Shown here: positions 21,611 to 33,642 of the stretch, in pieces
Position numbering within the stretch: position 1 is the stretch's first letter
How the letters are laid out: each line of letters opens with the position of its first letter
Source: Leucoraja erinacea
Lineage: Eukaryota
Assembly: GCF_028641065.1 (NCBI RefSeq)
Contig: NC_073397.1
Location: 31,248,001 to 31,312,000, forward strand
Direction: 5' to 3'
Length of the DNA stretch: 64,000 nt
Notes under the pieces: model-generated
Databases searched by the model: none
What the model saw: the letters and a program-made list of their open reading frames with translations, nothing else
Told to the model about the DNA's origin: nothing
Translations under genes and position numbers: made by a program

Positions 21611-22272
21611 GTACGTAAAGTCATTTTCTTTTGTAGGGTAACTACAATACCATCCTTAAATACTAAAATTGTTTTCATGAAATATATTTCTATAATCAGA
21701 ATAAATCATCGGTATGTTAGGACAAAGGAGGTCCTGAGGCAGGGGGGGGGGGGGGGGGGGGTTCCGTGAGGGGGAAGGGGGGTGGGGAGAAGAAAGGTAC
21801 GTCCTGGGATTCTTTGTAACTTTGTCGATGACCTTTATATGACTCAACGCATACCCTGGAAGAAATAATTTCACTGTGACTTGACACATGTGACAATAAA
21901 GTATGCATTTTTTTCATTCATCCATACCAATCTCATTGGAGAACTGTGTGCAGTTTATTTTAGTTTATCTTAGTGTCAGTAACGGGCATTTCCTGATCAC
22001 TCATCTTACTGTAGCAACTATATTTTAAGTATTACATTTTACGGCATTAAAAAAGTAATTCATGCTTTTATAGAGTCATAGATTCATACAGCATGGACAC
22101 AGGCACTTTGGCCCAACTTCCCCACACTAATCAACATGCCCCATCTTCACTAGTCCCACATGTGTGTGTTTGGCCTCTAAACCTGTCCTATCCATGTACC
22201 TGTGCAAATATTACATATGGCATCATATTACACACATTTTTTTTAAATCTTAAGATAACCTAAAGCTCTTTA

Positions 22273-23338
22273 TCTATATATTACTAAAACTGTCATCTTG
22301 TCTCCCTGTGTGTGAATCTGTGTGCGCCGCCATGCCCAGAACTACGCCAAAACCGTACACGACAGTGCTACAATATTTGTACCACCTTACTCACAATTGT
22401 CCTGTGGTGTGTTTTTTTTTGGTTTTGTTTAGATTGATGTTATTTTTTATGTTTAGTTCAGATTGATGTTATTCTTCACAAGTTATTCACTTTTTTAACT
22501 TTACAAAACCCCACTTTGAGAACAATGACAGTTAGCAGGTATGATGCCACAATGGGATCTCATTTACATAAAATACGCTGGACACAGACATGGGTGGGGG
22601 TTCAAGCCGGTGAGGGATCTGGGGCCTGCTGCTCTAGAGCCCTGGGAGGGGGAAGGGGAGGGGAGGGGGGATGGGGAGGGGGGGGGGGGGGGGACTTTCT
22701 GTTCCTTTAAAATCCGCATGCATGCCTAACTTAAAGTCTCCGGGATTTGAAATGCTCGCAGTGCTGAGGTGGGAGCGAGGTCTGGGGGTGGCGGCCTTCA
22801 GGCCCCGCGGAGAGGGTCTTGTCCTCTCCCTCCTTCCCCTCTACTGGGGAGAAAGAAATAGAAAGAGACAAGGGAAGAGACAGAGACAGAGAGAGACGAG
22901 AGAGAGAGACACAGAGAGAGAGAGAGAGAGCCAGAGAGACACATATATATATATAGACAGAGACAGAAAGACAGACAGACAGGGAGAGACAGAGAGAGGG
23001 GGAGAGAGAGAGACAGACAGAGAGAGACAGAGGGTGTAGTGGGAGGGAGTGCTGGATGATGAGGGAGAATGGATGAGGATAGGGGTAGGAAGAGGGAGGG
23101 TGAGGTAATGGAGGATGAGAGGGGGTGGTGGGAGGGAGTGAGGGGAGGACGCAAAGGAGGGTTGGTGAAGGATAATGAAGGAGGAGAATAGGGGACTGAA
23201 GATGGAGAGTGAGATACGTTCATATTAATCTTATATTTTACAAGTTATTGTCATTTTAAATTAAAAATGTCAGCCGCTCCTTGTGCAGTTGGGAGCGATG
23301 GAACATTGCGTTGGGGCAACGGGGCCTACTTGATCTAG
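22273..23338 (+). mobile_element. Non-autonomous Helitron with internal (GA)n/purine-rich tract
   Basis: Starts A|TCTATATATTACTAAAACT and ends ...TTGATCTAG|T. Shares internal sequence with 33051-33642. Confidence 0.75.
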
Positions 23339-23574
23339 TAATTAACTAAATATGTCTATTATATAGAAAGCGGCATTCTGCATTCCATATCTGCCCCTTT
23401 GCTCCACCCATTGTAGTTGAATTTGTCGATTAATGTCTGTATAGTATCATCTGGCATGAGTGGATAGCATGCAAAACAAAGCTTCTCAAAGCTTGGTACA
23501 CCTAGCAATGATAAACATAAATTGATGTATGGCACAGTTAAATCATGGGAATATAGGAAATGCAATAACCCATT

Positions 23575-23770
23575 GGCACGGTGACACAGTGGTGGAGTTG
23601 CTTCCTTACAGCGCCAGAGACCCAGGTTCAATCCTGATCACAAGTGCTGTCTGTATGGAGTTTGTACCTTCCCCCTGTGACCGCGTGGGTTTTCTCCAGG
23701 CGCTCTGGTTTCCTCCCACTTTCCAAAGTCGTGCAAGTTTGTAGGTTAATCGCCTTCTGTAAATTGAATG
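23575..23770 (+). mobile_element. tRNA-derived V-SINE (HE1-type); representative of copies at ~26655, 30840, 35085, 37600, 38250, 41300, 44900, 58020
   Basis: A/B-box-like head (ggttcaatcc) and V-domain (tggagtttgtac...gcgtgggttttctcc...gctctggtttcctccca). Confidence 0.8.
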
Positions 23771-24490
23771 ATCCCAGGATTGAGTGGGTTAACATATCAT
23801 GAGCGTTTGATGGCACTGGGCCTGTACTCGCTGGAGTTTAGAACAATGAGAGGGGGTCTCATTGAAACGTACCGAATAGTGAAAGGCTTGGATAGTATGG
23901 ATGTTTCCACTAGTGGGAGAGTCCAGGACTAGAAGTCATGGCGTCAGAAATAAAGGACGTTCCAGTAGGGAGGAGACGAGGAGGAATTTCTATAGTCAGA
24001 GGGTGGTGAATCTGTGGAATTCTTTGCCACAGAAGGCTGAGGATGCCAAGTCTATGGATATACTTAAGGCAGAGACAGATCAATATTTGTTTAGTATGGT
24101 TCTCGGGGCTTATGGGAAGAGGGCAGGAGAATGGGGCTAGGTTTGAAGAGATAGAATGGTGTAGATTTGATGGGCCGAATGGCCTAATTCTCATATAACA
24201 TGACCTTATGACCATTTGATAATGTCTATGCTGAACATGATGCCAAGTTAAATGAACTTTATACACTTAATATGGTAATTATTGGAAGTAATCTATATAG
24301 TACATTATCACATTATATTAATCTCTAACGTGTCTGAAGTTTACGGTTCAATTAAGATTTTATTAAATGTTCTATTTTTGTGATGAATGGAAAAGCAAAG
24401 CATTGGATTTGACTGGAAATAGATCAACAGCTAATAACCAATACAGGGCGTCTAATAAAAAGCTAAATTTTGTTCCTTCTCACTCAACAG

Positions 24491-24774
24491 CATGTGATGA
24501 CGCACTTCTCCATTTTGTGGGACATCAGAATATTCCAGAAGATAAACTCGAAGCGTTTGCTCGCTTGCTTGCTCCTCCTCAATCCTTTGAGGCATTGTAT
24601 TGGAAATTGACTCGTCCCGAACACAGGAATAATCTGTTTACATATTTAGATCAGTACCTGATGAATTGGAAAACTATTATCGATGGGCAGCCTGTTGCAG
24701 AGACGATAATATCGATACTTGAAAAAGCCAAGTTGAATAATGTCCTAGCAAAGGTACTAAGCCGTTTTTGGTAA
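24491..24774 (+). CDS. TNFRSF6B: DcR3-like paralog B, coding exon 4 (C-terminal domain)
   Basis: caacag|CA TGT GAT GAC... to TAA. Translates ACDDALLHFVGHQNIP...LEKAKLNNVLAKVLSRFW, resembling the DcR3 tail (CERAVIDFVAFQDIS...VRERFL). Confidence 0.85.
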
Positions 24775-26486
24775 AGTGTCAGTTGAGGTCATGTTTACTC
24801 ATTCGCCCTGAATGGTCTCCAAAAGCCTTGTGTTTAAGGGCAAGGTTTTAGTAAATTGCATGTCGCAGGAGGGGTTTTATTTTATTCCAGGTTCCAGTTT
24901 GTTTTTTGGCCATTGTGGGATGCAAGGGAGAGAAAGGCAAAAACAAACTTGGTTTCCCACTTTTGCTGCCAATCCTGCAAGTCTGTGTAGCAGCTTAAAC
25001 CGGTGGCGGGGTTAGTAGTTTCAAGAGAGTCAAGAATCAAGAGACAAATACTGATATTTGTGCGACTTTCTATCAGAGTTGTAAAATATTTGAGACAAAG
25101 GTTGGAGAGAGTGGAGGGGGGGGGGGGGGGCAGGAGAATAAGGAACCCACCCAAGTGTTTGTTTGACCCCGTCCTTCTAATTCCACATTGGCTCCATTGG
25201 TAAAGGATCCTGTATAAACTTGTCTAATACTGCCAAGCCCTCCCCTGCCTCAGCCCATCTTCTGCTGAAACCTCTCACCCAGAGTATCTGTTATAATCAT
25301 AGAGTCATAGAGCTGCAATCATAGAATCATGGTAGTGGATAGAAGGCCATAGTCAAACAGCACGGCAACAGGCCCTTCGTCCCAACTTGTCCATGCTGAC
25401 TAAGATGTCCCATTTAAGCTGCATTTTTGCGCCCCCCGCCCATCCCCCCCCCCCCCCCCCGCCCCATTTGGCTCGTATCCATATAAACCTTTACCATCCA
25501 TCTACCTGTCCAGATGTCTTTTAAATGCTTTTATAGTACCTGCCTCAACTACTGTCTCTGGCAGCTTGTTCCGTGCACACACCACCCTCTGAGCGGAAAG
25601 GTTGCCCCTTAGGTTCCGATTAAATCTTTCCCCTCTCAACTTAAGCTTATGTTTTCTGGTTCTTGATTCTCTTACCCTGGGTAAAGGTGTCTGTGCATTC
25701 TCTCTATCTATTCCCCTTCTGCCCTGGGTTCACTGGTGTCTGAAAACAGTTGTGATGTTATAAAGACTGAGAATGACATTGAAGCATTTCCACAGAGAAC
25801 AAACAGCAACAAACTTTTGGTATTCAATTAAAATCCAACTAAAAAGTGAAATAAACACTGGAAGAAATGATTAAGTTGAAAAGAGGAATGTCATAAAAAG
25901 AACATTTAAAACAATATTAATGTGGATGAAGACTTTTGTTATTCCATGAATATATAATAAGATTTGAGAACATTCAGCGGTTGTTTTGGTTTTGCATACT
26001 ACAATATTACCATCATTCACTGGGATTAATATCCACATGATTTGTACAGAAAAATTGTAAAGAAAAAATTAGGTATGTTTTTTAAATTGCCAATTCGAAG
26101 ATAACTTCATCTGTTGGAATAATACCGTAATGCACAACACTACCTGCAAGTTTTCAATTTCTATATTTAACTTTGGACATACAGATTTTAAAAGTTGGAA
26201 CATTTTTTACAATATAATAACAATGAACGAGGGCAGTTTCGCCAATATTACCGGCAGCTGAAGTATTTGAGATGAGGGGCAAAAGACATTTGCAAAACGA
26301 GGAACATTTTTTACCCACGGAGATGCTGTGATTGGAGAGGTTAATGGAAGAAGGTTTCACAGGAATGTTCAAAAATAGAATTCCGTAAATTTCCAGAAGG
26401 AAATTACAACTATGAGAGTAGGACCATCAGGTAACTAAAAGTAAAAAAAAAGTACAGTGCTGGAATAACTCATTTGGTCAGAATGC

Positions 26487-26514
26487 CTGAAGAAGGGTTT
26501 TGGCCCGAAACGTT
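26487..26514 (+). ncRNA. Minimal type-I hammerhead-like motif in a Penelope-derived repeat (representative copy)
   Basis: CTGAAGA-A-GGGTT TT GGCCC-GAAA-CGTT. Related copies near 1360, 7060, 11478, 16162, 39307, 40462, 49826 and 62062. Confidence 0.5.
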
Positions 26515-29210
26515 GCCCATCTCCTTCGCTCCATAGATGCTGCTGCACCCGCTGAGTTTCTCCAGCATTTTTTGCGTACCTTTGGTCAGATAGCATCTCT
26601 GGAAGACATGGATTGGCGACCTTTTAGGTCGAGACACCTCTTCAGACACTTCAGGGCACCACAGTAGCACAGCGGTAGAGCTGATGCCTCACAGCACTAG
26701 CGACCCAGGTTCGATCCTGACCTCGGGTGCTGTCTGTGTGAAGAGTTTGTACGTTCTCCATGTGACCTAGTGGGTTATCTTCAGGTGCCCCAATTTCCTA
26801 CTGTATTTCAAGGACGTGCAGGTTTGTAGGTTAATTGTTTTTTGCAAATTGCCCCTTGTGTTTGTGACGCAGAAATGGGAGAACATAGAACTAGTGTATG
26901 GGTGATCGATGGTGGGCATGGACTTGATGGGGCGAAGGACCAATTTGCACGCTATAACTCTAAACTCTAAAATCTCAATCCCAAATATCCCCTATCCATG
27001 TTCTCTAGAAATGCTCCCTGACTCCCTGAATTACTCCAGCACTGCAGTTCCTTGTTTTTAATCAAAAAGAAGCTGGGCTGTAAAAACACTTGGGTTCATA
27101 GGTGTTATCATAAGTTGCCTCCACCAAAGACCCATTGAATGGTGAAAAGCCTCTGTCCATTCTATATTGTTGTAGCATTCTATGAAGAATCATATATACT
27201 TTATATTATCTGTATACAAAATGAGATGTGAGATAAATCATGACTTAAACGTTGAAATAATTGATGCAAAATTGTGAAGCCTGCTGCTAGGTTATCTATA
27301 TTTATATTTATAGATATGTTATGATGGTGCATTTCAAGAAATCCCAAATAAGGATAAGATATCTATTTTCATATTCACTATAGTTGTAACTGCTAAATCA
27401 TTCACTTTTACATGTCTGTTTGGAAGAAGTTTGAGTGAGGTATGGCCAGTGATTAATACTGACTGAAACTAGAACAAGGTTGCAAAGCCAGCATACCATC
27501 AAGTGTCCCAACTGTGTGAAGGAACTCTCGAGACTGGCTATGATTCTGTGAAAGGCATTGTAGATAAGGATACCCTTGTTTATCTGCTCACTGCATAGTG
27601 ATAAGGAAATAACAACACATGGTATTTTGCAGTTGCTAATTTCAAATAAGTTTTGGGAACATTCCGTGCTATGTTATTTCTTGTGGATTATATTTTTCAA
27701 TCGAAACAATGTTTGAAGAAAGCTTTAATTTATTTTCAATAAACCTTTACAGCAATTCAAAATTATGCTGCTTTCTGTGTCTTGACTCGTTTTCTTCAAC
27801 TGAAGTGGGCTCAGATTAAATTCAAACTTGAGCTGAGAAAGCCAGCGATTTGTCTTGTATCGTTCAGTTTAGTTTATTGTCACATGTACTGAGGTACAGT
27901 GAAAAGCTTTTGTTACGTGCTATCCAGTCAGCAGAAAGACAATGCATGATTACAGTTGATCCATTTACAGTGTATAGATACATGATAAGGGAATAACATT
28001 TAGTGCAAGGTAAAGGCAACAAGTCCGATCAAGGATAGTCCGAGGGTCATCAACAAGGTAGATAGTAGTTCAGCGCTGCTCTCTGGTTGTGGTAGGATGG
28101 TTCAGTTGCCCGATAACAGCTGGGAGGAAACTGTCTCTGAATCTGGAAGTACATGTTTTCACACTTATATACCTTTTGCCTGATGGGAGAGATGGGAGCA
28201 GAGGGAGTGGCCAGGGTGCGACTCGTCCTTGATTATGCTGCTGGCCTTGCTGAGGCATCATTGGGCATAAATACAGTCAATAGAGGAGAGGTTAGTTTGT
28301 GTGATAGTCCAAGCTGCATCCACAATTCACTGCAATTTCCTGTGATTGAGTGAGCTGCCAGCACAACAGGCTTGAGTGACTGAGCCACCAGTCCAAGAAT
28401 CCATTCGACCCACACTGTCCATACTAGCCCTTTGGAAACCAGTCCCTTCAGCCCACAACACCCACACTAGCCCCCCCCCAGAATTAGTGGCAAGGTGGAA
28501 TATTGTGTTGGGGGAATCAGCTCTCCCATGTGATGCTGGGACCCACTTAGTCCATGTTGTTACTTGTTGTGGATTATATTACACTAGATGCAATAAACTT
28601 TTAAAATAATTCATAATTGTGTTGTTTGCCGACTCTTTTTAATGTAGTGTAGTTTAGTTTACAGATACATCGCAGAAACAGGCCCTTCGGTCACTGAGTC
28701 CACACCGACCAGCGATCCACACACATCAACACTGCCCTACACACACTAGAGACTTGCCAACATCTTCTGCATTTTTTTATTTTTTTGATTGAAGGAAAAT
28801 ATCTTGTGTTTTCTATGTTGTCTTTAAATATCAGTGCAGTTTAGATTCACTTAGTTGATTGGTAGGATGACAGGGTTGGCATAAGGTAATAAGAAACAGG
28901 AGCAGAATTAGGCCACTCGGCTCATCAAGTCCAGTCTGCCATTCAATCATGGCTGATCTATCTCTCCCTCCTAACCCCATTTGTCTGCCTTCTCCCCATA
29001 ACCCCGTGACACCTCTACAAATCAATTTATCCACAGAATACCACCTTCTGACCAAATAAATTCCTTCTCGTCTCTTTCCAAAAGGAACGTCCTTTAATTC
29101 TGAGGCTGTTATCTGTAGTCCTGAATACTCCTACTAGTGGAAACATCCTCACCACATCCACTCCGCAAGCCTTTCACTACTGGTGCATTTCAATGTGGGT
29201 CCCCCCCCTC

Positions 29211-29343
29211 TTCTTTCGTGTGGCGTGCACAGCCTAAAGTTGTTAAGACAACTTGTTCTATTTGATCTTCCGTTTGTGCACGTCGAGTTGATTGTATTAG
29301 TCGAAACAGGGCGGACCACGTGAAGGTTGCAATCTTCCACCCC
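29211..29343 (-). mobile_element. ~133-bp non-autonomous Vingi/Ingi-like retroposon, copy 2, inserted in a CR1 fragment
   Basis: Interrupts the CR1 relic at ~28890-29450 with an approximate TSD (ggtcccccctc-like on both sides). 3' end ...ccacacgaaagaa. Confidence 0.75.
29290..29343 (-). ncRNA. Compact HDV-like ribozyme fold (copy 2)
   Basis: GGGGUGG AA GAUUGCA ACC UUCACGU GGU CCGCCCU G UUUCGA CUAA UACAAUC. P1 is 7 bp with G1-U, P3 is ACC/GGU with a 7-nt L3, P4 is a stub, J4/2 is CUAA, and P2 pairs 6 of 7 bp. Confidence 0.7.
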
Positions 29344-31521
29344 AGGTTCCCCCTCATTCTTCTGAACTCCAGCAAGTACAGGCCCAGAGCCATCAAATGC
29401 TCATCATAAGTTAAACCACTCATTTCTGGGATTATTCTTGTAAACCTATGGAGGAGGATTTGAGTAAGATTTACCTCTTTCCAATGAAGTTTTAAAGATG
29501 GTCTCACAGACATTAAAGGCTCGGTGCATATTCAATATTGAATCGGACATCTTGAATCAAGAAGCATTTTTATTTGTTGAATACAAAATGGAATGCATTA
29601 CATCTGAGATCACCGTATGATTGAGTTGAAGCAGGAACCCGGGGCTCACCACCGATCCTCTGGCAAATGGTGGTCCTAATTACAAGAATGCACTTGAAAT
29701 CTCCTCCCATTTGTGGCGCCCAGGCTGGGTGAGGCTCTGTGGCCAGTTGGCGGGTTGAATTTGCCTCCGTGGCTGGGACTCTGAAACTCTGGCCCGGCCG
29801 GATGCGGCAGATCTATTCCCACAGCCGACTTCCCCAGCCAACTTTGCGGGCCGGTATCTCGGTGCCAGGGCAGCCTAGGTGGACTATTGGGACTCCTCTC
29901 AGAGGCAGTGACCTCCATTAGTCTGACAAAGGCGTAAACCTAGACAAGGCTCTGGAACTAAGGGTGTCGGAGAGAAAAGAAAAAAAGTGGTGGATCTGTA
30001 CAAAAGAAAATATAAGAATCGGAACCCAATTTTGGCAGTCGATGCCATCCACATTTTTGGATCACAACTTGAAATATAAATATTAGTAGCGCAAATTAAA
30101 GTCTCAGGAAAGTATGAATGTAGTTTAGATATTTAGCCTCAATCCTTGTGATGAACCAAACTGAAAGAACAATGCCTTTTTCCAGGATCAGCTACACAAT
30201 TTCAGTTGCATCTGTTCTTAATTGGACACAAAGAAAAAGGAAGTGTTAACTCCAATGTTTCAAACGTCAAAGACAGCAGAAAGATTTAAAAAAAAGTGCT
30301 CATTGCATTCCTGGGTTTCATCGAGTTCAGAGATTCACAAAGTGTTAGGATGAAGCGCTCAGAGAAATAATCTATTCAGCTTTTACACAATTTATTTAAA
30401 ATATCTAGTCCATCCTGTTGCAATCTTATCTCGTGTACTCTGGATCGATTAATAGTATTTCCATTGCAATGATTTTGTTATTGTAAATTATCTCAGATCT
30501 TTCCTGGAAAATAGGTTAACCCTGTATATTTTTGTTTCTAAATGGAATTAAATACACCTGAAAATCAAATTACATATCAGGTTACATTGTAAAACATCAT
30601 AAACCAAGATATGAAGTACCACTCTGATGTGAACCAATGTGCCCCATCTATTACTCAGCTTTTCCCTTGTTTTGACAGGCGATAAACCCATTTTGTCCCT
30701 TGCTGGACAAACTTTGATCAGATATCAATATCAGACGTTTATGGGCTGATTGGAGAAGACAAAGTTCGATTATATGCCCATCCCGCTATGATCCATACAT
30801 GCTTCAGGAAAGGACTGCTGTATTGCAATTGAGTTTAGTTTAGAGATACAGCGTGGAGCCAGGCCCTTTGGCCCAACGACCTCCGCACACTAATACTATC
30901 CTACACACACTAGGGACAACTTACAAATTTACCAAAGTCAATTAAACTACAAGCCTGTCCGTATTTGGTGGGCGTGAGGAAACCAGAGCAGCTGAAGATA
31001 AACCCACGCAGGTCATGGGGAGAACGTACAAACTCCGTGCAGACAGCACTTGTAGTCAGGGTTGAACCCGGGTCTCTACCGCTGCGCCACCGTGACACCC
31101 ATTGGGGGGGGGGGGGGGGGGGGGAATCTTGTGATTATTGATTATTGTGCTCCTATCAATATGTTGAAGTCATCATGAAGCTTCCTTTTAGAGCATAGGG
31201 GGAAGAAAAAAAAGCAAAACAATTGGGTGGGAGGAAAAACTTCTTTCTAAACTGGTGACAGCCATTATGATGCATTTGGACATATTACAATGACGTTCTC
31301 AATGCATGCAAAATAACACATGCAAAAAGGTACAGAAATCCACAAAGTACGAGGTGTTTGAAGTGAAAAAAACCCCACAAATATCAAATGGTAATTATCT
31401 TCAGGTGTGGTGTTACTTGTAAAAGTTGGAGTTCCACAAATCCGATTCCACCTTTACTTGACAGTTCTGATGAAACGCGATTTATAACCAGTCTAATATG
31501 GAGTGGTTTTATGTGACATCT

Positions 31522-31609
31522 TTATGTGATATCCTTTTGCCTTGGTGGTCTGTGAATGTTCCTGATCACACATTTGACCATCCATTCAATGCCATCATTT
31601 ACACCTTGC
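31522..31609 (-). CDS. ARFRP1: ARFRP1 coding exon 7 (stop)
   Basis: QGVNDGIEWMVKCVIRNIHRPPRQKDIT*. Confidence 0.96.
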
Positions 31610-32765
31610 CTGGAAGACAAAAAATGTTTTAGTCTAACAAAATTGTAAATAAAACAAAATAGTAAATGGACATCAACGGGATACCTTCAATTGAGAGAAT
31701 TACAAGAAACTGAGGCATTTTGTTTATGACATTCTATTCAAATTATTTTTTAAAAAGCATTCAATTTGAAGTTAAATAACTCCCGCACCTCTCAAAGATC
31801 TCGCGGTATATTTAATTTTGATATAGCGCAAAGCGATTTCGACACCAGCTGCCTAGGGGTCATCGTTTGTTCTTCTTTAATTTGCCATTCAGACACATTT
31901 GAACATAGCTTTAACTAGAACTACGCTGAACCAGCACAAATGACAGAACAATTCTTTCAAAACAATAGGGTAGGAAATGTTCCTACGTATATTTAGGAGC
32001 AGTTTTAATTGTGACAATTTAAAATGAGTTGAATAACAAAATAAGCTATTTTAGTTAAGTGCTTAAGTTGTGATTCTAAGTCACTGCTGTGTCCAATAAT
32101 TTCAGAAGCTGGTGGAGAGATGTCCAGATGACACTGTTCAAGGGCGATGAGAGTTTACTAAGTGCGACCAGAAGTGTCCATACAAGGTAAAGCAACTGGC
32201 CCCATAACACTCTGGAAATTCTTGTGCAAGGTGCAAAAAATATTCAAACCTCTCATTCTTAAATAATTCAATCTAATACTTAACAGGCATGTAGTATCGA
32301 TTTATCTGCTTGAAATAACCTCTTTTTATAGACAATGCATTCCATTAATTTATCACCTATTCCTTTTCTCCAGAGATGTTGCCTAACCCGCTGACTCAAT
32401 CTAGCATTTTGTCTGAAGAAGGGTTTAGAGAACAAAACTTCACCCATTTCTTCGCTCCAGAGATGTTGCTGGTCCTGCCGAGTTGCTCCATCATTTTGTG
32501 TCTATCTTCGGTTTAAACCAGCATCTGCAGTTCCTTCCTCCACATTTTGGCATCATATTTGGCATGGACACTGTGGGTTGAAGGGCCTGTTCCACTGTTG
32601 CATGCTCCATGTAGACCCATTTCATTATATTTCTATCACAATCTGCCCCTATGCCTTTCAACTCAACACGATCCATCTCATATGAATCTACACACTTCAT
32701 ATAGCGAGGGTACGCACTAATGTCCTCAATCTCAATTTCACATTTTGTCATGAATGAAGACTTAC

Positions 32766-32866
32766 CCCGTAAGGGCAGAACATGGCTGCACCAAGCAGTC
32801 TCTCTTCCCTATTTTTGGAGCACAGTCACTGAAAGCCGTCTTTATATCTCCAACCGCGAGACAGGT
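32766..32866 (-). CDS. ARFRP1: ARFRP1 coding exon 6
   Basis: TCLAVGDIKTAFSDCAPKIGKRDCLVQPCSALTG. Confidence 0.96.
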
Positions 32867-33050
32867 CTACCAGTCATAGGGAAGAACAAAAACATTAATG
32901 ATAAACTAAGCGAGCTCACATTGCCAAGAAGAGAAACAGTAAGAATCGCACAGTCAAATCCAATATAGAGCGAAAAAAATCTGTACCATACCCATGTCAA
33001 TTATAAACTAACAAATTAAAAGATTGAACAAATTCCAATTTTAGTATTCA

Positions 33051-33642
33051 CTAGACCAAGTGGGACCCGTTCCCTCAATGTATCTTCCACCACTCACTCA
33101 TAGCTCCCAACTGCGCAAGAGCAGCTTATTTCCCCTCCTCTCTCCCCTCACCTCTCCCTCCCCTTTCCCCTACCTTCAGTCATCCTCCCTCCATAACCCC
33201 TCTCCCCTCCCTCTATCTCCCTGCTCCTCCACTCCTCACCTATACACTATCCCACTACGCCACTAAACACAATGTTTAAATAACATTTCTCCTCCTCCCC
33301 TCCCTCTCCTTACAACAATGCAACAAATCTCTCATTGCACTGGGTGGAAGAATGTTGACAGGCAGTTTATGTAAATGAGATCCCATTGTGACGCCATAGC
33401 TGTTAACTGCTAGTGAAGATAGAAGACAATTTTCTCGTGGGATTTTGAAAAATGGAAATAACTTGTAAAATATAACAATCTAAACAAAACTTGATACATT
33501 ACACACAATGATAATGGTGAGTAAGGTGGTCCAAAAATTATAGCACTATTGTGTACCGTTTTGGCATAATTCAGGTCGACTACGCTCACACACACAGACA
33601 GACTCACAAACAAACTAGATGAGAGTTTTAGTAATATCTAGA
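33051..33642 (-). mobile_element. Non-autonomous Helitron (same family as 22273-23338)
   Basis: Minus-strand start TCTAGATATTACTAAAACT; end ...GGGTCCCACTTGGTCTAG|T. Confidence 0.72.

Larger units (their letters stand above)
11680..21870. repeat. Right arm of inverted segmental duplication (pairs with ~1-5380), expanded by later insertions
   Basis: See the left arm. Carries arm-specific Rex1, Helitron and ribozyme-bearing insertions. Confidence 0.85.
14096..24774 (+). other. TNFRSF6B: Gene span: TNFRSF6B/DcR3-like paralog B, complete, 289 aa secreted TNF decoy receptor
   Basis: Exons 14096-14107, 16441-16831, 21428-21610 and 24491-24774 sum to 870 nt in an open frame. Signal peptide, four CRDs, DcR3-type C-terminal helical domain, no transmembrane segment. 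Orientation relative to ARFRP1/ZGPAT matches the human locus. Confidence 0.88.
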
